In this document: piece by piece, positions 6,902-13,748 of the stretch
Position numbering within the stretch: the stretch's first letter is position 1
Layout: each line of letters starts with the position of its first letter
DNA from: an uncultured Actinomycetes bacterium
Lineage (GTDB): Bacteria > Actinomycetota > Thermoleophilia > Solirubrobacterales > 70-9
NCBI GenBank assembly: GCA_963788115.1
Contig: CAWBFD010000002.1
Location: 1,003,109 to 1,027,108, forward strand
DNA: 24,000 nucleotides
Reading direction: 5' to 3'
The notes under the pieces: model-generated
The model's input: only the letters and a program-made list of their open reading frames with translations
What the model was told of the DNA's origin: nothing
Databases searched by the model: none
Position numbers and translations under genes: made by a program

Positions 6902-8065
6902 TCAGCGCCCCAGGAGATAGCTCACCATCAGGCTGTCCGCGACAAGACCGGTGCCGTCGGGGTCGCGGGACGTCAGGCTCTCGGGCACGATCATCGGTAT
7001 CGGCTCCTTTTCGAGGGCCTCGCGGAGCACTCTGTTCAGCACCATGCCGTAGATCGCGCTGCTCCTGCCGGCAACCACTCCACTCGCCAGGTCGTTGATG
7101 AGCGTGGGTAACAGCACGTCAGGACTCCACCGTCGAGTCTGGGCGATTTCATCGAACGACAGCTGTCGGCGACCGAGCCGAAACCGGTAGGTGGCCCCGC
7201 ACCGACAGGTCGCGACCGCGTAGGTGCCGTCCGTTTCGTCGCGGCGCCGGAGCGGGAGACGGGTTGCGTCGGATGCGCAAGAGATGCGCAGCGGCAGGTA
7301 GTCGTCGGCGAGCGGATGGAGCAGGGGGTCGATCCCGCCCTCCCTGAGCTCGAAGAGGGCGCGATTGAAGACCTGGATCACTCGCGGCAGGACGTTAATG
7401 CAGGCCTCGACCTGCTCCGTCAGGTCCTTCTCCTCCAGCAGCGTCGAGAGGCGTACCGGCGCCAATCTGATGCCGTTCTCGGCGAGGAGGAGGTCGGTGA
7501 CCTCGGCGCTCAGGTCCGCGAGGGTGTCCGCAGGGCTCCCCAGGAGGACGGCGCGAAGGTGCGCATAACGGTCCAGCCCGCGGGCCCCGACGCCGGCTTC
7601 GCCCAGGTATGTCCTGAGCCGATCCAGTGCCTTCCTGAGCTCTCGCTTCTCGATCGGGATGAACCGGGGCTCGCGATCCTTGCTCCCGGGTGGAGCCATG
7701 GAGACGCCGACCCGCCCGCCTCGCCGTGGCCACGAGATCACGGTCATCCGCTTGTCAGAGCCGGCGCGGTCCACATCGACCCAGAGCCCGCACCCTCTGA
7801 CATCGTGGTCCGCCTGCAACTCGCCGAGAGCGGCGAGCTTGGCGAACACCGACGCGCCGTAGTCGACGGACAGCTGCTGGCCCATGTATACGGTGGCGCT
7901 GGCACGGCCCTCGTCGCGGCCGGAGTGCCGGGAGAGGCGAGCGAGCGCGTCCCTCCCCGGCGGGGCGATGGCCTCCAGGAAGAGGCCCCGGTCGAGGAAG
8001 ACACCCTCCTCGCGCAGGAGCGCCGCGCCTCGCTCGGACGCGGCGAGTTCCGATAGGGCGCTCAT
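6902..8065 (-). CDS. Short, divergent BshC-like protein (candidate cysteine-adding enzyme) lacking the C-terminal coiled-coil region; otherwise hypothetical
   Basis: 387 aa from ATG 8065, which overlaps the bshA stop (ATGA). Two motif resemblances to BshC from memory: VYMGQQLSVDYGASVFAKLAAL...LWVDVDRAGSD versus GGQQAGLLTGPLYTIHK...FWVAGEDHD, and SPDVLLPTLINDLASGVVAGRSSAIY versus the S.NV..RPL.Q..LPT.A.I.GPGE..Y region. Its position between bshA and bshB1 supports the call. That it is a real CDS is near certain; the functional call is tentative. Confidence 0.45.
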   Translation of the reverse strand: MSALSELAASERGAALLREEGVFLDRGLFLEAIAPPGRDALARLSRHSGRDEGRASATVYMGQQLSVDYGASVFAKLAALGELQADHDVRGCGLWVDVDRAGSDKRMTVISWPRRGGRVGVSMAPPGSKDREPRFIPIEKRELRKALDRLRTYLGEAGVGARGLDRYAHLRAVLLGSPADTLADLSAEVTDLLLAENGIRLAPVRLSTLLEEKDLTEQVEACINVLPRVIQVFNRALFELREGGIDPLLHPLADDYLPLRISCASDATRLPLRRRDETDGTYAVATCRCGATYRFRLGRRQLSFDEIAQTRRWSPDVLLPTLINDLASGVVAGRSSAIYGMVLNRVLREALEKEPIPMIVPESLTSRDPDGTGLVADSLMVSYLLGR

Positions 8066-9228
8066 ATGCAAGCCCCGCCGACCTGGCGGCCCGGGCGAGC
8101 GTCCCTTGCGCCTCGATCGACCAGGTCCCCGTACAGCTTCTCGTAGAGCGGCACGATTCTCTCGCAGGCGAAGCGAGCGGCCTGCCGCCTCGCGGCGCTG
8201 CCGACTCTGCGGCGCAGCGATGGGCGAGCGAGCAGCTCGGCCACCGCGTCGGTGGTGGGGGCGTGGGCGCCAACCGGAAACAGGTGGCCGGACGTTCCAT
8301 CACCGACCACCTCGGCGAGACCACCCACCCGGGTGGCGACCACCGGGATGCCACTCGCCATCGCCTCCGCCGCGGCCAGGCAGAAGCTCTCGACGACGCT
8401 GGTCATCAGCAGCAGATCGGTCTCAGGCAGGATCGTCGCGACGTCGGTCGTGGCGCCGAAGAAGCGCACGGCGTCTTCCGCGCCGGCCGCGGAGAGCATC
8501 GCTCTCAGCGCAGGCAGCCTCGGCCCATCTCCAACCAGCCACAGCTCGGCATCCATGCGGTCGCGGACCGAAAGGAAGACGTGGGCCAGGCTGCGAGGAT
8601 CCTTTACGCCCCGGAAGTTCGAGACGTGAACGATGCGAGGCCGGTCGCGATGGGGGGACTGCGTCGGCTTGAACCGGGTGATGTCGATGAAGTTCGGGAT
8701 GACCAAGGGCGGCTCGCGCAGGGCGAAGAGATGGCGGGCGAGCCGAGCGTGGTCGTGTGAGACGGTGGTGACCGCGGCGAGGGCGTGCAGGCTTTCGCTG
8801 AGCAACCGGCGCTGGGCCGGCTGCCGGCCGTGGATGCTGACGTCGGTGCCGTGAAGCGTCGCGACCGTCACCGGACCCGCTTCTCCAAGCCCGCGGGCTA
8901 ACGACGCGGCGACGTGCGCGAACGGGACCGCGTAGTGCGCGTGCAGAACCTGGAGGTGCTCGCGACGCGCAACGCCCGCCACGAACGAGCGGAACTCGGC
9001 TTGCTCGTTGCTGCTCCAGTCCACATTCAGGCCGACCGGGATGCCCCCGTTGGCAGGGGGAAGGAGGGTGTGCAGGACCACCCCGCTGTCTCTCAGCCAG
9101 TCTGCCACCGGCGGCCGGCGTGCCATCAGATGAACGCTGTGTCCGCGTTGCGCGAGCTCGCTCGCAAGGGTGCAGGCGATCCGGACGCTCCCCCCGATTC
9201 CGTTGTGGCAGAGGAGGCCGACCCTCAT
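8062..9228 (-). CDS. bshA: GT4 glycosyltransferase, BshA-like (N-acetyl-alpha-D-glucosaminyl L-malate synthase)
   Basis: The N-terminus MRVGLLCHNGIGGSVRIACTLASELAQRGHSVHLMARRPP matches the BshA pattern (C-x-P-x-x-GGS...RGH-x-VH). GT4 C-terminal motif: ESFCLAAAEAMASGIPVVATRVGGLAEVVGDGTSGHLF. ATG 9228 overlaps the upstream stop (ATGA). Confidence 0.8.
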   Translation of the reverse strand: MRVGLLCHNGIGGSVRIACTLASELAQRGHSVHLMARRPPVADWLRDSGVVLHTLLPPANGGIPVGLNVDWSSNEQAEFRSFVAGVARREHLQVLHAHYAVPFAHVAASLARGLGEAGPVTVATLHGTDVSIHGRQPAQRRLLSESLHALAAVTTVSHDHARLARHLFALREPPLVIPNFIDITRFKPTQSPHRDRPRIVHVSNFRGVKDPRSLAHVFLSVRDRMDAELWLVGDGPRLPALRAMLSAAGAEDAVRFFGATTDVATILPETDLLLMTSVVESFCLAAAEAMASGIPVVATRVGGLAEVVGDGTSGHLFPVGAHAPTTDAVAELLARPSLRRRVGSAARRQAARFACERIVPLYEKLYGDLVDRGARDARPGRQVGGACI

Positions 9229-12200
9229 CCAAGCGATCCGGGCTGGGTGGCCATTCTCTTCGCGAGAAGCATGAGAAGCGCCCGAGACACCTCCGGCTGG
9301 GCTTCCAGCAGTCGCTCGAGCTGCTCCTCCTCGAGCACGATCAGCCGCGCTGGGCCCCGAGCGACGATCGAAGCGCTCCGTGTCACCTTTCCGAGCGCCG
9401 CCACTTCGCCGATACAGGCCCCCCTTCCGCAGACCGTCAGCTCTTCCTCGGCGCCATCACGGCGCCTCAGGATCGAGACCTCCCCCTCGCGGATGACATA
9501 CACCTCACGTGCGGGATCGCCCTGAGAGGAGATCACGGTGCCGTCCTCCACGAGACGCTCCGATGCGAGCTTGGCCAGCGTCGCCAGTCGCGAATCGGGC
9601 AGCGAGGCGAAGATCTCCGTCCCCTTCATGAACTCCATCCTCTCCGACAGGCGGACCGCTGGGAGCGCGAGGAGGTTCGCGAACAGCCGGAAGGCCCCGG
9701 GCACCCCGGCGGCCAGCTGGCGGTAGAGCGAATAGCCGCAGTAGACATAGGTGCCGCGCCCGTAGTCGGCGACCATTAGCCCGCCGAGCCTAGGATCCTC
9801 GCCTGGATCGGCGCAAGCCAACAGCGGCCGGTAACGTCGATCCCACTCGCCAAAGAAGTACCGACCGCGCTCCTGGACCCACCCGTCGAAGTCCTCGTCC
9901 CGGATCTCGTTGGGCACGTGGAAGAGGGAGTGTTCGGGCGCGAGGAAGCGGACGGGGGCCCCCTCGTCGGTGACGCGATCGTGGGGCTCGCTGTAGCGGA
10001 AAGGGTACGGGGCCAAGCCTGGCGCCTGATAGCCGTACGGCTGATGCTGGACGATCAGCGTCCCCCCGCCTTCGATGTAATCCAGTACGCGGCGGGCGGC
10101 TGCCCGGAGCTGGGCACTCCTCGAGTAGGCACCAGGCCCAACCATGATCGCGTCGAAGCGAGAAAAGTCGAGGCGCTGGAGCTCCTCGTCGTCGACCACG
10201 TGGAACCGGGCCCCAAAGGGCTCCAGCAGCCCCGCCACGTCTTCCTCGTCGCCGGCGATGTAGGCGCAGTGCAGTGATCGAGCGAAGCGAGCCTGAATGA
10301 GATGAAGCTCGACCTCGGCGGGGCTGAGCAGGAAGGTCTCGCGAATGCAGCTCGCGGGATCGGGCTCGCCGGTGAGATGCGCGGGACCCATGCGCGCGGG
10401 CATGAGGCCCGTTGTGTAGCTACGCCCCTCCACGTGCACGCGATAGCGAAGCGACTCGCTGCCCGGCGAAGCGGTGGCGGGAATGGTCAGTGCGAACGAA
10501 TAAGGCCGACTCTCGTCGCCGCCGAGCGAGAGGTCGATCCCGCTCGGATCGACGGCCGTACCCGAGGGGGCCTCGAGCTCGAGCCGGCCGCTCAGGGTCC
10601 TCTCGGTGTGGTTGCGCACCAGCACGTCGAGCTCGATCTGGATCTGATCGGCGATTGGGTCCGGCTCGAACGGCTGTCGTAACGGCCGGCCTCTCCCCTC
10701 GCGCCGTTCATGGCGCGCCTGCGCACACACCACGGCGGAGTCGGAGCGTAAGGAGACAGGGGGGATGACGGCGGGGTAGAGCTCGCGGAAGCCGCCGGGA
10801 AAAGCGCTGCGCGCGACGGCCGGGGCTCGGATCACGAGACGCTTTCCTTCCACCTGAATCTGGCACTGGGCCTCGAAGCGAGGGGGGCGGAAGGGACGCG
10901 AGCAGTATCGCTCCGGCGGCCAGCGGTATGCGTACGGTTCCGGTGGCTCCACCAGCCAGTACGGGCAGCTGAGCGCAGCCCCTTGCGACACGCTGACCGT
11001 GAACCCCGTCTCGACGTCCGCGCCGGGCCTCGCCGCAGAGCCGCCGTCTCCGTCGTTGGCCGTTTGCACCCGGCAGTCAGGCGAAACGCGGAGCCGTGTG
11101 GCCTCGATATCGACGTCGAGTGGCCCGAAGTTCCAGAGGCGAGTCCGGACTTCGAACGTTTGTCCCGGGATGACGTGCACGGCCCCACTGCGGCACTCCA
11201 GTCGTAGGCCGAGGCATGCCGCGGCCGTCTCCTCCAGATCGTCGAGCTTCCGCAGCAGATACGTCGACAAGGCCACCCTAGGTGGCCCCGCGAGGCGGGA
11301 GTCGAGCTGTGAGACGGCCGCGCGGGTGGCCGATATTGCCGAGAGCAGATGGCGTCCCGCCGCGGTGGCGTCTGGGCTCCGGTAGGCGGCGAGCGCTCCC
11401 TCGATATGTCCCTTGATCCCCTGTAGTTGCTCCCGCAGCCACCCGGAGTCCTCCCCCGCATGGTCGGCGACCCCGGTGAGCTCGGGATCAAACCCCTCGA
11501 GGAGGCCCCCTTGCCGGCTGACATCCCCGCCTTCGTCGCGACTCGAGTCCTCTATCAGCCGGTAGTAGTAGACGAAGCGGCCGGGCCCGGGAAGCAACGC
11601 CATTCCTTGCGAGATGTGCTGGTTGAGCGCCGACCAGCCCTGCTCCTGAAAGGTTCGACCACCGATTGGATCCAGCGCTCCCGTGTCGATGCGGATCAGT
11701 CCCTCCCGCTCCAGGTCATCCCGCAAGGCCCCTAACGACGCCAGGTCCTGTTCGGGCATCCAGTCCCCGCCCACCGACTGATAGAGCCGCCGCGGCTGCC
11801 AAGCCTCCAAGCCCAGCCGACGGAGCTCCGGGAACAGATTGGGGTCGCCGGCCGCCCGAAACGCCTCGGCCGTCACTGCCCCCACGGCCTGATGGTGGCC
11901 GTGCTCGTCGGCGGGCTGTCCGGTCCAGCGGGAGATGACGATCTCCGGCTGCACAAGGCGTATGGCCCGAACGATCTCGCGAAGTACGGCCTTTCTTCCC
12001 CACTTCGCGAGCGTGTCGGAGCCGCTCTTGCTGTAGCCGAAGTCATAGAAGGGGCCGAACAGGGCCTCCGCTCCGTCGATGGCACGAGCGTCTTCGCTCT
12101 CCCAGCTGCGGAAGACTCCCAGCGCCTCGCCTCGGTAGGAGTTGAGCCGATTCTGCCCAGCCTCTCCCCGCGTGGCGGACCAGTAGACGGTGCGCACGCA

Positions 12201-12356
12201 GAGGCCGTGTGCGAGATAGGCGAGGAGACCGCTGTCCTCGTCGTCGGGGTGCGCTCCCACCTGAAGCACCGCACCGGCCATCGGCAGCGACCGGAGCCGA
12301 TAACTCAAGCCGGCGGCGTCGAGGGATGCCCCTTCCTGGCCAACCCGCCACCCCAC
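9225..12356 (-). CDS. Large LmbE/PIG-L-family deacetylase with GATase1-like C-terminal module and an appended cyclic-nucleotide-binding domain
   Basis: 1043 aa. N-terminal PIG-L motifs: VGAHPDDEDSG, ATRGEAGQN, DEHGHHQA. Residues ~700-890 (FDAIMVGPGAYS...GGTLIVQHQ...APYPFRYSEPHDRVTDEGAPVRFLAPEHSLF...DFDGWVQERGRYF...GTYVYCGYSLYRQLAAGVPGAFRLFANLL) match the conserved C-module of the ~800-aa LmbE-family proteins I recall from Bacteroidetes. The last ~130 aa form a CNB domain (VYVIREGEVSIL...GACIGEVAALGKVTRSASIVA). The GTG start at 12356 is preceded by GGAGGAG. Confidence 0.85.
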   Translation of the reverse strand: MGWRVGQEGASLDAAGLSYRLRSLPMAGAVLQVGAHPDDEDSGLLAYLAHGLCVRTVYWSATRGEAGQNRLNSYRGEALGVFRSWESEDARAIDGAEALFGPFYDFGYSKSGSDTLAKWGRKAVLREIVRAIRLVQPEIVISRWTGQPADEHGHHQAVGAVTAEAFRAAGDPNLFPELRRLGLEAWQPRRLYQSVGGDWMPEQDLASLGALRDDLEREGLIRIDTGALDPIGGRTFQEQGWSALNQHISQGMALLPGPGRFVYYYRLIEDSSRDEGGDVSRQGGLLEGFDPELTGVADHAGEDSGWLREQLQGIKGHIEGALAAYRSPDATAAGRHLLSAISATRAAVSQLDSRLAGPPRVALSTYLLRKLDDLEETAAACLGLRLECRSGAVHVIPGQTFEVRTRLWNFGPLDVDIEATRLRVSPDCRVQTANDGDGGSAARPGADVETGFTVSVSQGAALSCPYWLVEPPEPYAYRWPPERYCSRPFRPPRFEAQCQIQVEGKRLVIRAPAVARSAFPGGFRELYPAVIPPVSLRSDSAVVCAQARHERREGRGRPLRQPFEPDPIADQIQIELDVLVRNHTERTLSGRLELEAPSGTAVDPSGIDLSLGGDESRPYSFALTIPATASPGSESLRYRVHVEGRSYTTGLMPARMGPAHLTGEPDPASCIRETFLLSPAEVELHLIQARFARSLHCAYIAGDEEDVAGLLEPFGARFHVVDDEELQRLDFSRFDAIMVGPGAYSRSAQLRAAARRVLDYIEGGGTLIVQHQPYGYQAPGLAPYPFRYSEPHDRVTDEGAPVRFLAPEHSLFHVPNEIRDEDFDGWVQERGRYFFGEWDRRYRPLLACADPGEDPRLGGLMVADYGRGTYVYCGYSLYRQLAAGVPGAFRLFANLLALPAVRLSERMEFMKGTEIFASLPDSRLATLAKLASERLVEDGTVISSQGDPAREVYVIREGEVSILRRRDGAEEELTVCGRGACIGEVAALGKVTRSASIVARGPARLIVLEEEQLERLLEAQPEVSRALLMLLAKRMATQPGSLG

Positions 12357-12489
12357 CTACGCTCCTCCAAGCAAGTGCACGGGTTCGTCGTCTACGTCAG
12401 CATCGTCGGGTAACGGACACAGCCACCCTATCCGAAGCCTTCCGCTCCAACAAACGTCGCAGACCGGGCCAGACTGCCTAACTCCGCCG

Positions 12490-13428
12490 CTATTCGCACC
12501 CCGCTCCGTCGCCGTTCGCGTCGAGCCCGTGCGGGTCGGACCCGGTGACCGCAACGGTGCCGTTCAGATCCGCGCAGTCGACGTCCGGCGGGTATGTCGG
12601 CACGCAGGGGGAGTAGCCGGACTCGCATCCACTGCCGGCGCCGCCGGCGCTTGCGACGCCCCGCGCGCCGCCACCATCCGGGTTGCCGCCCGCACCGCCG
12701 CCGCCTCCTCCGACGGGCTTGTCGGTGTCGCCGCCACAGGTCTTTGGTGACCAGAGCCCGCGGGCGTGCCGGCGGGCGTCGGCCGCCAGGCGCCGGAACA
12801 GCTCCGCGTACTCGACGTTGGGCGGGATCGTGAGCGGCGCCGCATACCCCTCCTTGACGAGGGCCGCGTTGAAGAACGTTCCTCCCGCTAGCCAGAGATA
12901 CACGAGGTCTCGGCCGTAGTCGTCCACGCGCTCGACCCCTGGCAGGTAGTAGACGGTCTCTCCGGGCGTCATCAGGCGCGAGGCGAACGCCGAGGCCTCC
13001 TCCCCGTAGCACTCCTCGCCGAAGTACACCTCGGGCGTGTCGACCCCGATCAGGCGCGAGGCGCCGATTCCCGCGAGCTCGACCGTGTCCCCGTCGGTGA
13101 TCGAGACCACGGTCGTCCGCTTGGTGCGATCGGGGATACCCAGGGCCTCGGACTCCGGCTTCTCTTGCTCCGGCCGCTCGGTTCGCTGGTCGTCATCGCC
13201 TGCACCGGACTGACGCGGCCGCCGGCGCGAGCCGGCGTGGCGATCGCCCCCCTCTTGGCCGCCATCGATCGGCGCCTCGTTGCCGGCGGCGTCGCCCGCC
13301 GAGGCGGCTCGATGGTCGGGGCGGGGATCCTCCCCACCGTCGGAGATCACGGCGACCGCGACCACCACGGTGATCGCCAAGGCAATCAACGAGCCGAGCC
13401 AGATTCTTCCTGATTGTCGCTGCCGCAT
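12490..13428 (-). CDS. Membrane-anchored thermonuclease (SNase) family nuclease with C-terminal Excalibur-like calcium-binding domain
   Basis: N-terminal TM anchor (IWLGSLIALAITVVVAVAVI), then a charged linker. SNase core: VVSITDGDTVEL...RLIGVDTPE...GRDLVYLW...FNAALVKEGYA. Gly-rich linker. C-terminal DCADLNGTVAVTGSDPHGLDANGDGAGCE matches the Excalibur motif. Confidence 0.9.
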   Translation of the reverse strand: MRQRQSGRIWLGSLIALAITVVVAVAVISDGGEDPRPDHRAASAGDAAGNEAPIDGGQEGGDRHAGSRRRPRQSGAGDDDQRTERPEQEKPESEALGIPDRTKRTTVVSITDGDTVELAGIGASRLIGVDTPEVYFGEECYGEEASAFASRLMTPGETVYYLPGVERVDDYGRDLVYLWLAGGTFFNAALVKEGYAAPLTIPPNVEYAELFRRLAADARRHARGLWSPKTCGGDTDKPVGGGGGGAGGNPDGGGARGVASAGGAGSGCESGYSPCVPTYPPDVDCADLNGTVAVTGSDPHGLDANGDGAGCE

Positions 13429-13748
13429 ACCCCTCAGGTGGTGGAGCTCATGCTTCCCGCTCCATCAGCTCCTCGGCCGTACCTGGCTGGAATCGCCGCA
13501 GGTGGCGGGCATGTCGCCCGAGCTCATTCATTCCTCCCTCAACGATCGTGTTGTCCCCGGAGCAGGTGCCCAACGCCCTGGGTGCCTGCTTGCGCCTCTG
13601 GATCAATGGTGCCATGCCGACCCGCCGCTGACCATCGTCAGGGTGATTCGAGGTCCCCGACCGACTTCGGCGCAAGCTCTCAACGAAGCGCGTCTTCGAC
13701 CCGGCCCAGGTACTGCTGAATCGCGTCGTCGGGCCGCGCTCGGCAGCG

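Noticed and set aside
12425-12453. Possible promoter for the thiol operon (minus strand TTGTTG-n17-TAGGGT).
   Set aside because: The hexamers are weak and promoter consensus in this unknown high-G+C host cannot be assumed. It is not supportable without TSS data.
12600-12730. GC-rich GGC/GCC/CCG repetitive stretch, considered as a tandem repeat or VNTR.
   Set aside because: It is the in-frame Gly-rich linker (GGGGGAGGNPDGGGARG...) of the nuclease, not an exact tandem repeat.
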